Source: a virus. From it: DNA of 64,000 nucleotides. Positions 28,738 to 37,276 of the stretch are shown here, piece after piece. The number at the start of each line of letters is the position of its first letter. Positions within the stretch are counted from its first letter, which is position 1. Made by a program: the position numbers and the translations under genes. The stretch is from IMG/VR virus record IMGVR_UViG_3300035698_014446, positions 1-64,000 of that record; one strand, written 5' to 3'. Below the pieces are notes generated by a model that did no database searches, was not told the origin of the DNA, and worked only from the letters and a program-made list of their open reading frames with translations.

Positions 28738-29462
28738 AATACACTGTCCATTCCTAATCTTAATAATACTGCATCTGTCCCAACAGCTATCATTCTGTAA
28801 CCTTCGACTACAGCCGCTTGCAAAAGGATTTTGTTTGGTTCGACTATGTGTATTCCTGCGGGGCTACCGGCATCTTTACACATGTCTAAATACCTACGCA
28901 TATATTTGTCAAACAACATATCATCCATATTTATGTCTATCGAACCTTTAAGATCAAGAGGTCCAATAAACGAGCCATCAACACCGTCTACCCTGAGTAT
29001 CGAATAGAGATTATCCATAGCTATACTATGTTCTATCTGGACAACTAATGATATGTTGTTATTAGCATTTTTTATGTAGTCTTTAAATGTCCGCCCGTAT
29101 CCATTACAGTGTGAGTAACCGAATCCTCGCATACCCTTAGGTGGGTATTTTGTGTATCTAACAGCGGATTCCGCTTGTTCCACATTATTAACCATCGGCA
29201 CGATTATACCTTGTGCGCCAGCATCTAATGATCTACCTATCCATTTGTAGTCATTTTCCGGCACTCTAACAATCGGGGCTACACAGTGTGATGATATAAC
29301 AGTAACCAAGTTTGCTACCGACTCTATACTTATAGGTCCGTGTTCCAAATCGATACATATCCAATCGAAACAGTTGGAACCGGCCATTATGTCGGCAATA
29401 ATAACTGAGCCTGTTTGAATCCAACCACCAACAGTCGTTTTGTCTGATTTAAGAATGTTCAC
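28734..29462 (-). CDS. HpcH/HpaI class II pyruvate aldolase
   Basis: DWICIDLEHG, VRVP, LDAGAQGIIVPMVN, YPPKGMRG, QIEH, FIGPLDL. Confidence 0.95.
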   Translation of the reverse strand: MNILKSDKTTVGGWIQTGSVIIADIMAGSNCFDWICIDLEHGPISIESVANLVTVISSHCVAPIVRVPENDYKWIGRSLDAGAQGIIVPMVNNVEQAESAVRYTKYPPKGMRGFGYSHCNGYGRTFKDYIKNANNNISLVVQIEHSIAMDNLYSILRVDGVDGSFIGPLDLKGSIDINMDDMLFDKYMRRYLDMCKDAGSPAGIHIVEPNKILLQAAVVEGYRMIAVGTDAVLLRLGMDSVL

Positions 29463-30438
29463 AGATGTCTCCTCTTTCGAAAGGAACTAAGTTGCCCGGC
29501 GCAGGTGGGTGACCATTTAATACACTCATACAATCCCTTGCCGCCTGTGTTTCCATATCAATTCTCGTACTAAGAGTCATGGACCCGACGTGTGAGGATA
29601 ACAATACTTTGTCGTGAAGAATTAAATCACCTTCGTACGGTTCGTCACTGAACACGTCAATTGCTACACCGGCCAATTTCTCCGAATTGATTAACCAGTA
29701 TAGTAATGCTTCTTCATCGAGTATTTCACCACGCGATGTATTAATTAGATACGACCCTTGTTTCATCTTACCGATGAAACCGTGGTCTACCATGTTATGG
29801 TTATGTTTACTCATTGGTACACTAACTGATATTATATCACTTTCGGCCAACACCTTGTCCAGACTTATTGATGGTACAAAAGCATAGTTTGATTCGCCCC
29901 ACCACGAAGTAACCATGGCATCATTTGTATCGTATGCCAGTATGTCTTTTGGGCTGAATGGCTGTAATCTTTTAATTACCCTTTTACCAATTCTACCCAC
30001 GCCTACCACACCAATTACTAACTCAGATATTTTTCTACCAAGAGGTCTATCCCACCGTCTGTGATGGATGGAATTGTTCATTGTGTGTAGTTGTCTTGTC
30101 ATATTAAATATTTGGGCAATAATCAATTCGGCTACGCTACCGGCTGGGGCATCCGGGGTGTAGGTTACAACTATTCTATGTTTCTCACAGTACTTTAGGT
30201 CCACATTATCGAATCCCACACCCATTCGTGAAATTACTTTTAGTTTAGTTGCCGTAGATAATACTTCGGAATTATACGATTCTGTTCCAGCTATTACTCC
30301 TTCCGCGTCCTGTAAACAACTAACTTCTTCCATCCCCGCATCTGCAAGAAGATATCTCGCCGTAAGGTCGAAAGTACCAAACGTGTTGTCTCCCACAAAT
30401 ATTTTCATTTCATCAGTCATGCCAATAAGGCCTCGCAC
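29449..30438 (-). CDS. D-2-hydroxyacid dehydrogenase (phosphoglycerate dehydrogenase-like, no ACT domain)
   Basis: SRMGVGFDNVD, GVGRIG, INTSRG, DVFSDEP, HVGS. Confidence 0.93.
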   Translation of the reverse strand: MRGLIGMTDEMKIFVGDNTFGTFDLTARYLLADAGMEEVSCLQDAEGVIAGTESYNSEVLSTATKLKVISRMGVGFDNVDLKYCEKHRIVVTYTPDAPAGSVAELIIAQIFNMTRQLHTMNNSIHHRRWDRPLGRKISELVIGVVGVGRIGKRVIKRLQPFSPKDILAYDTNDAMVTSWWGESNYAFVPSISLDKVLAESDIISVSVPMSKHNHNMVDHGFIGKMKQGSYLINTSRGEILDEEALLYWLINSEKLAGVAIDVFSDEPYEGDLILHDKVLLSSHVGSMTLSTRIDMETQAARDCMSVLNGHPPAPGNLVPFERGDICEHS

Positions 30439-31067
30439 TTGTAAATCCTTCCAACAATGTCCATGAACTCTCTCGGAGCAAACTCATTTATAAACACAAA
30501 ATCACCAAAAGACGAGTTTGGCTTACGCGCATTTCCAAGAAATCGAAAAGTACCGTTTGTTACGATATATTTACACACTTCGTCAACCAGTGGTGCATCC
30601 TTATAAAAAGGAGCAAAGAATACTTCTACCTGAATACACCATATAGTATTCAAGTATTTACCCAAACTTTTGATAACTTTTAAATCATATCCTTGTGTAT
30701 CCACTTTCAAAAAATTAAAATGTGGCTCCATCGAATCGAGTATCGTGTCCAACCTGATTCTGTTTACCTTAATAACCTGCTTTATATCAAGGTCCGTTGG
30801 GCTTTGTGGCCTCATAGACGCAGCCGTATCTTCTACCTCAAAAAAGGATGAGCAATCCTGTTTTTTTAACACGTTAAAATCGGTTATTCCTTCCTCGTCC
30901 GAGATAGCAAGTCGTAAATGACAATGATTCGTAGTATTGAACGAATTGTACAACGGATTAAAGGATAATATATATCCCATTTTATCCAGTTCTTTTTTCC
31001 ACTGGTTATTCATGTCACCAGTAAATCCAACATCGATCAAATTGAGCTTAATATTATTAGTGCCCAT
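30417..31067 (-). CDS. FkbM-family methyltransferase
   Basis: IDVG, RLD, FLKVDTQGYD, VEV. Confidence 0.88.
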   Translation of the reverse strand: MGTNNIKLNLIDVGFTGDMNNQWKKELDKMGYILSFNPLYNSFNTTNHCHLRLAISDEEGITDFNVLKKQDCSSFFEVEDTAASMRPQSPTDLDIKQVIKVNRIRLDTILDSMEPHFNFLKVDTQGYDLKVIKSLGKYLNTIWCIQVEVFFAPFYKDAPLVDEVCKYIVTNGTFRFLGNARKPNSSFGDFVFINEFAPREFMDIVGRIYKCEALLA

Positions 31068-31113
31068 ATTATATAACTTTCTTTATTCTTTCACTAAATA
31101 CTTTAGGTATTAA

Positions 31114-31776
31114 CTAATTAAGTTTATCACCTTTTTTACAATTACAACTAACACAGGTAGGTACTACATTTTCTGGGGAATGTTCACCATTTTTATTAAG
31201 CGGTATTACGTGATCTTGGGTTAGATATCCCTGTTTTGTTTCTATATCACTAATACTACAATACGCACATCTGTAATTATATTTTATTAAAATTTCTTCC
31301 CATTGTTCCGCATCAACACCAGTTCCGTTAGTTCGTTTTAGTACTTTATGATTTTTAGCATATGCCTTACATTTATCTTTGTTATTTTTACGCCATAAAC
31401 TATATGTTATACTTAATCTATCCTTATTATTTTGATAATATTTTTTATGTTTAATACGTACTTTTTTCTTATTTTTATTATACCATTTCTTTTTTCTATC
31501 TGATTCTTTTTCAGGGTTAACTTCACGGCGTCTTTTAACTTTTACTGCTATTTCTTTTTTATTATCACTATAATATTTTTTCTTTCGTGTAAGCAATTCT
31601 TTATTGTTCCTACGGTATTTCTTTGTTCGTTTACTAACACATACTTTACATTCCGAATTAAGTCCCGAACATTTACTGCTTTTTACATGAAAATACTCGG
31701 TAGTCGCCGGTAACTCATCACCACAACCCGTGCATTCTACAGTTAAATTAATTACTTTATTTTCCTTGCTACACAT
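31114..31776 (-). CDS. HNH endonuclease (B-type N-terminus, A-type C-terminus)
   Basis: CTGCGDELPATTEYF; KRTNGTG..CAYC..LTQDHVIP..NVVPTCVSCN. Confidence 0.9.
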   Translation of the reverse strand: MCSKENKVINLTVECTGCGDELPATTEYFHVKSSKCSGLNSECKVCVSKRTKKYRRNNKELLTRKKKYYSDNKKEIAVKVKRRREVNPEKESDRKKKWYNKNKKKVRIKHKKYYQNNKDRLSITYSLWRKNNKDKCKAYAKNHKVLKRTNGTGVDAEQWEEILIKYNYRCAYCSISDIETKQGYLTQDHVIPLNKNGEHSPENVVPTCVSCNCKKGDKLN

Positions 31777-32336
31777 AGTCCGGCCCTTGTTGCACTTTTA
31801 TATATTAGTTCCCATTCATGTCTACTGTCCAATATTTCCTCATACGCCCGGTGATTCTTTATGCTTTTCGGAAAGTGTATATCATGAAGGGCTATAAAAC
31901 CACCAACCGGTAACATATCCTTCATTATCAACCATTCCGAGTATCCACAATATTCACCAGTGTCACAGAAGAAGAATTGTGGAAGACCATACGTTTTTAT
32001 AGTCTCTCTTATAAGATCGGTTCTACCTTCCATTTTACACTTACCAAGAGCCACATCTTCATCCGGTGTATTTTTGTATCTTGATTCCTCAAAATACTTG
32101 TGTTCAGGACCTATTACATCTCCCGGTGCTATAGACCAACCTGTTATGTATGTCTCAAGCCCCATTACTGGTTTATGATCGAGTTTTGGTTTAATTAAAT
32201 CGATAGACATTACCCTGACAAGACTTCTGGCAAAACACCGCGTAGAATAACCACTACCTGTTTCCAATACATAATTACAGTTCTTAGCAAGACTTATCAA
32301 TACTGTTAATTCACTATCAGTCGGACTACCCATCAC
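31752..32336 (-). CDS. Class I SAM methyltransferase-like protein
   Basis: VLETGSGYST, FFCD, GGFIALHD. Confidence 0.75.
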   Translation of the reverse strand: MMGSPTDSELTVLISLAKNCNYVLETGSGYSTRCFARSLVRVMSIDLIKPKLDHKPVMGLETYITGWSIAPGDVIGPEHKYFEESRYKNTPDEDVALGKCKMEGRTDLIRETIKTYGLPQFFFCDTGEYCGYSEWLIMKDMLPVGGFIALHDIHFPKSIKNHRAYEEILDSRHEWELIYKSATRAGLCVARKIK

Positions 32337-32916
32337 TTCTCCTCTTACTCGTAACTATCCAATGTTTATTGTTAAGAAAACGAATATCTGATATATCTAA
32401 CAGACCATCGTATCTGTCATGAATTTCATCTTTATTCCCAAAATGTCTAACATGACATTTCGCTGGTTTATTTGGCACTGAAAAGAATACCCAAGTCCCT
32501 GCTTCTATTTCCTTAACAAATTCCAAATCCCATATTATATGTTCAAATATTTCTTGTGCAATCACACAATCATACTTGTTGAGATCAGCTGAATACCTAA
32601 ATGTATAATTGATTAGATCAATTGTACAATCTTCGTTATTAACACCCTGTAGCATAACCTCAGCGTAATCAAAAGAATCAGAAAATTCGTAACCAGTATA
32701 CGTCTTTGGTCTAATCTCGTCCACAACCATAGCAATCATGTGCCCAAAACCAAATCCTACTTCCAGTACATGTTTCGGTTCGCAAGTAGCCTTTATTATT
32801 TCAAGCATTGGCCTCATGTACGGAAGTATTTCTCCGTATTTTGGATTTCTCGACCAAAATTCACTGTAGTAAACATGGTCTTTTTCGTTTTTGTCTATGT
32901 CAGGTCTACGTATCAT
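32326..32916 (-). CDS. Class I SAM methyltransferase
   Basis: VLEVGFGFG, YD..EIFEHI, FSVPN. Confidence 0.85.
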   Translation of the reverse strand: MIRRPDIDKNEKDHVYYSEFWSRNPKYGEILPYMRPMLEIIKATCEPKHVLEVGFGFGHMIAMVVDEIRPKTYTGYEFSDSFDYAEVMLQGVNNEDCTIDLINYTFRYSADLNKYDCVIAQEIFEHIIWDLEFVKEIEAGTWVFFSVPNKPAKCHVRHFGNKDEIHDRYDGLLDISDIRFLNNKHWIVTSKRRSDG

Positions 32917-32928
32917 ATTTTGTCCCTG

Positions 32929-33558
32929 TCAAGCAATTACCCAGTTTACTTTATTACCTTTTTTAGTGTTACATAGTATACAACACAGTACAATGTTATT
33001 TATTTCGTGCCTACCATCTCTGTCCAATGAAATAACGTGATCTTTACTTATACCATTCGGATTATATTTAAATTGTACATTTTCCTCAAGCACCACATTA
33101 CAATACACACAACGACCATTATACTCAGTTATTTTATCAGCCCATTCTTGTGCAGTTATACCTTCATCGCCTACTAATTTTAGTAATCTACGATTGTCGT
33201 TATGAATTTTTAATGACTCTTTATTGTTCTTACGCCATTTCTTTTGTTGTAATTTTATTTTCCTACAATTCACCTCTCTGTATTCTTTTTGTTGTATGGC
33301 TATTTTATTTTTATTATTATCGTACCACACTTTTTTCCGTTTTACTTCTTTTTCTTTATTTTTATTACGCCACTTTTTACCATAAATTTTCATTTTATTT
33401 TTATTTTTACTACGCCACTCTTTACTATGGACAGCAGCACATTTTTTACATCGTTGTTGAAAACCAAATTTTCCCTTTTTATTTTTATAAAAATGTTCAG
33501 AAATAGCTAAAAACTTTATATTACAATCAGAACATATTATAAAATTATATGTAGTCAC
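32929..33558 (-). CDS. HNH endonuclease (subtype B)
   Basis: CVYC..YNPNGISKDHVI..NIVLCCILCN. Confidence 0.9.
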   Translation of the reverse strand: MTTYNFIICSDCNIKFLAISEHFYKNKKGKFGFQQRCKKCAAVHSKEWRSKNKNKMKIYGKKWRNKNKEKEVKRKKVWYDNNKNKIAIQQKEYREVNCRKIKLQQKKWRKNNKESLKIHNDNRRLLKLVGDEGITAQEWADKITEYNGRCVYCNVVLEENVQFKYNPNGISKDHVISLDRDGRHEINNIVLCCILCNTKKGNKVNWVIA

Positions 33559-34236
33559 TTATAACCGTACTCCTGTAATAATAAGTCTGTGTCCACGTAT
33601 TGAGTTTTGGAGAGGATTATTATTAGTGTAATATTTTACCCAATAATCATTGAATTCCATTACCTCACTAGTTTCCTTTATTAATACATGCGCTGAATCA
33701 ATGATAGCATGTCTCTTTATCTCGTTAATCAGTTTTATTATGTCAAAATTAGACGAAAAATACCTAATACCTTGTCTATCCTGACGAATAATAGAACGTA
33801 AGCTACCACCTACACTCCACTTAAACAAAGTAATATGAAATCGTCTAGCGCAAGTTGTTATGTTCTTTATCGCCGTTACTACAGGATACGTGTGTTCAAC
33901 CACATCACACACTCTCACCAGATCATACAAAATAACTGGTTCATTGACAAATCTCTCTATAACGCCTTTGATAATGTTAACGTCCGGATACATCTTAGCT
34001 ATGTAATCAATAAACGATTTTGACGTTTCCAACACGTTATACTTTATAGTTCTTATCTTTCTTATCTCCGGGTATTCTATTAATTGTCCGGGTCCTATTT
34101 CCAGAATTGATTTTATATTTTCATGTTTTCTAATATACTCTATATACATTTTATGATATAAATCTTTTCTGTTATGTTCGATAAACCCTACATCACCGGG
34201 CTTATATTGATCCCACTTTTTAAGTAATTCCGTCAT
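33559..34236 (-). CDS. Class I SAM methyltransferase
   Basis: ILEIGPG, YD..DVVEH. Confidence 0.8.
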   Translation of the reverse strand: MTELLKKWDQYKPGDVGFIEHNRKDLYHKMYIEYIRKHENIKSILEIGPGQLIEYPEIRKIRTIKYNVLETSKSFIDYIAKMYPDVNIIKGVIERFVNEPVILYDLVRVCDVVEHTYPVVTAIKNITTCARRFHITLFKWSVGGSLRSIIRQDRQGIRYFSSNFDIIKLINEIKRHAIIDSAHVLIKETSEVMEFNDYWVKYYTNNNPLQNSIRGHRLIITGVRL

Positions 34237-34243
34237 TTGGTTC

Positions 34244-34807
34244 CTATGCCAATTTTAATTCTTTACCAAATATTTTTAGTTTTTTCCAATCTAATTTATT
34301 TTTCTTTTTTGTATTATAATCTCTACAACATGGAACAACATTATCTATTTCATGTTTACCACCCTTATCTAAAGGAATAACGTGATCTTGACTAATACCA
34401 TTTGGGTTATAAATATTAGGTAAATTTTCTTCCAACCTAATACCACAATAAGCACACCTACCATTATACTCAAGTATTTTGTGTGCCCATTCCTTAACAG
34501 TTGTCCCTTTGCCAGATAATTTTTTAAGAATTTTACGATTTCTTGTTTTTATTCTTATTGTGTCTTTGTTAATTTTATAGTATTTTTTATAGCGTTTTCT
34601 ATTACGTTTATTCGCCACTTCTTTGTTTTCCTCATACCATTTTTTATTACGTTTGTTTATTGATTTTTTATTTTTCTTGTATTGTATTCTATAGCGTTTT
34701 CTCGTGCATACCTTACAGTCTAATCTTAATTCGTTACCTCTTCTGTGAAAATATTCCGGCGTATCCGGAAATTCATCACCACATTTTATGCACTCTTTCA
34801 TTATCAC
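34244..34807 (-). CDS. HNH endonuclease (subtype B; last Zn-ligand Cys replaced by Tyr)
   Basis: CAYCG..YNPNGISQDHVIP..NVVPCCRDYN. Confidence 0.88.
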   Translation of the reverse strand: MIMKECIKCGDEFPDTPEYFHRRGNELRLDCKVCTRKRYRIQYKKNKKSINKRNKKWYEENKEVANKRNRKRYKKYYKINKDTIRIKTRNRKILKKLSGKGTTVKEWAHKILEYNGRCAYCGIRLEENLPNIYNPNGISQDHVIPLDKGGKHEIDNVVPCCRDYNTKKKNKLDWKKLKIFGKELKLA

Positions 34808-35493
34808 TCAAGTATTCCCATCACATCTTTAAAGAACTTACTATGCACAGTCGGGGTTATAATATTAAAGTTTACACCAGCTACCCTTAGTAATTGCATC
34901 CCTTCACGAGTTAATTTATCTTTAACAATACACTGTTCATAAGTAGCATCATCTGTAAAGCCATTACCATAGCAATGTTGATTTCCTTCACCATTAATTA
35001 AATCTTTTCGTGTATGAAGACAAAAACCGTCAAACCCTACTGCGTAAATCCTTTTTGCACCAAGTACTTTAGCAATGGCTATCGCGAGAACCCCGGCTAT
35101 CCTGAAATGTCCATACAGAATACCACCTATATACCTGTATGGTACACCCGGTTCACTTTTGTAATTCACCTGAATATAATCACCACCTACCGCTGCTCTC
35201 AAACTTTCAACGATTCCTATACCAAGCATCAGTTTGGATTGAGAACGTATGCAGTTTCTTTGATCATGTAATCTCTGATTATTAGTCCATAAATGATAAT
35301 CAGGGATGAAAAAATCAGTCATTTTATTTATACCAATGGTTACCAATCTTTCATCCTTTATAAAGTGACGAATTTTTTGATAATACTTCCTTGTACCATC
35401 ACCAGCACCAACAATCACAAAATCTCTGTCTTGTTCCGTGTTTTCATACCAACTTAGGCGGTTCACGAAGCATCCTTTCAAATCCCCACTCAC
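34804..35493 (-). CDS. Maf/DUF115 (MptE-like) Rossmann-fold protein, putative glycosyltransferase
   Basis: IVGAG, IGIN, PDYH, LGAKRIYAVGFDG. Confidence 0.65.
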   Translation of the reverse strand: MSGDLKGCFVNRLSWYENTEQDRDFVIVGAGDGTRKYYQKIRHFIKDERLVTIGINKMTDFFIPDYHLWTNNQRLHDQRNCIRSQSKLMLGIGIVESLRAAVGGDYIQVNYKSEPGVPYRYIGGILYGHFRIAGVLAIAIAKVLGAKRIYAVGFDGFCLHTRKDLINGEGNQHCYGNGFTDDATYEQCIVKDKLTREGMQLLRVAGVNFNIITPTVHSKFFKDVMGILE

Positions 35494-36394
35494 GAGTTAA
35501 TTTGCGATAATTAATAGAAGATAATCCAAGTCTCGGACATCTTTGGCACTCTACTGGTAATTCTGATACTTTGGTTGAATTGTAAAATTTATTCTTAAAT
35601 TCAGACATAATGGGATTTTGATTATTATAAGTCCCATATTTTTTGTTGGAATGAATGTGACAACACGGAGTAACATATCCGTTTAAACCAATAGTAATTC
35701 TATGGTTTATTATTTGAACACATAAACATCTTTCATGGTACTGACCCGGTAAATTCAACTTTATGTTAATGTTAAAATCGTTTCGAGCAGTTAATTCGCT
35801 AATAAAGTTTAAAAAATTAGAGTCTGGTTTTATTGTTTTGTACTTATCTACTACAGGATTATACTGGTGAAATCTGATTGTGTTGACACCCAATTCTTCA
35901 CAAAATTTAATCACATCAATTACATCCTCGTGATCGCCTGACATGAGTATGTAATTAATGGTTATCTTCTTTCTGTCAGGAGTAGACACAGCCAGTTTTA
36001 TATTCTTAATTACTCTGTCAAATTGTTTTTGTGTTCCACCACGACGTACGGCATACTTGTATGCTGTGTACCCGTCAAGACTAATTACCATGTGCATATA
36101 CTTAATCATATCAACAAATTTATCGAGCAATTGACCATTAGTTATTACTTTGTTAACAATTACTCCGTTTTCGTTGGCATAACTAACCATTTCCCTGTAC
36201 CGGGAATGCATCAGTACTTCACCCTCGCTTTGTAGTAACAATTTATTGTAACCACAACCCTTCAAATAATCAATTATTCTCTGATATTCAGACATCGGCA
36301 TTTCGGAATCAGTCTTCTCGTTATGTACCCATAAACAATGAGGACATTTGAGATTACATTTATCCGTAATATGTATGACCGCTACTTTATTCAT
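35444..36394 (-). CDS. Radical SAM/SPASM-domain protein
   Basis: CNLKCPHC, GE, TNG, ISLDG, G.VTPCC, CQRC. Confidence 0.92.
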   Translation of the reverse strand: MNKVAVIHITDKCNLKCPHCLWVHNEKTDSEMPMSEYQRIIDYLKGCGYNKLLLQSEGEVLMHSRYREMVSYANENGVIVNKVITNGQLLDKFVDMIKYMHMVISLDGYTAYKYAVRRGGTQKQFDRVIKNIKLAVSTPDRKKITINYILMSGDHEDVIDVIKFCEELGVNTIRFHQYNPVVDKYKTIKPDSNFLNFISELTARNDFNINIKLNLPGQYHERCLCVQIINHRITIGLNGYVTPCCHIHSNKKYGTYNNQNPIMSEFKNKFYNSTKVSELPVECQRCPRLGLSSINYRKLTREWGFERMLREPPKLV

Positions 36395-36819
36395 TATATT
36401 ACGTAATCGCCCTCTGGTACTTTGGTTTTGTTATTCACGGAGTCAATTATCTCCCTAAGTCTGTCAACACTTTTTTCTATTGATAATGTATCAGTATCAA
36501 TAGTTAGATAATCATATAATTCCTCATAAAAGTGACCTTCTCTGTACGGCATCATTTTTCTGATATAAACAAAACTTATCATCGGGTAATTGGCACTTAT
36601 CGTTCTTCTCGTGTATATCACCGGAGCAATTACTGATACAATTACATTAATTTGTTTAACGAGTTCCCTCACCAACCGAGCTACTCTATAGTTATGTTCT
36701 GATCTTTCATCAAGGGAGAATCCAGCGCCCAATAATATACTGTCCCTCATTTCGTCCCCATCAACTATAACAGTAATTGATGTCCCACAAGTTTTAAGTA
36801 TGTGCGTGTAAAGTAGCAT
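36394..36819 (-). pseudogene. cysC: Adenylylsulfate kinase (CysC) fragment fused to a sulfotransferase-like N-terminus
   Basis: DGDEMR..GFSLDER..N..RVA..VIVSVIAP (CysC) but no GxxGxGK P-loop; begins HILKTCGTS. Confidence 0.6.
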
Positions 36820-37276
36820 TATTATTCCTCATAACTTGACATACTACCTGTTTATTTCCTAAAATAGCCCAGCATACTATTCTGTGGTGTCCATCTTTAA
36901 TACTAAATGATCTTCCCTCTTGAGCAATAACTACTGGTGGTTTAGTAATTCCCTTAATTCTTATGTTATTGAATAACTTCATAAAATTTGCAGCTTTAAA
37001 TACGGCCACAGGATGCGATTTACCATACAATCTTTGCATCCTATAATAATCAGTATCCACGTAATCAAACTTAGTACCTGTAGTAGCACACTTTACGTAC
37101 TCAAGGATGAATCGGTACATAGGTGATATTTTTAAACCGAGTACGTCGTCACATTTTGCCGGGAACAATGATTTATACAACTCATACCTTTTGGGGTTAT
37201 ACTCAACAGTAAGACTATCGATATCTACCATGTTAAGTGATGACATTTTTCCGTTTGGTATTACAAATTCAACCAT
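36794..37276 (-). CDS. ParB/Srx-like domain protein
   Basis: IRIKG..P.V..IKDGHHR. Confidence 0.7.
   Translation of the reverse strand: MVEFVIPNGKMSSLNMVDIDSLTVEYNPKRYELYKSLFPAKCDDVLGLKISPMYRFILEYVKCATTGTKFDYVDTDYYRMQRLYGKSHPVAVFKAANFMKLFNNIRIKGITKPPVVIAQEGRSFSIKDGHHRIVCWAILGNKQVVCQVMRNNNATLHAHT

Noticed and set aside
29449-30438. serA as a serine-biosynthesis auxiliary metabolic gene
   Set aside because: It lacks the ACT domain and sits with an aldolase inside a glycan cluster.
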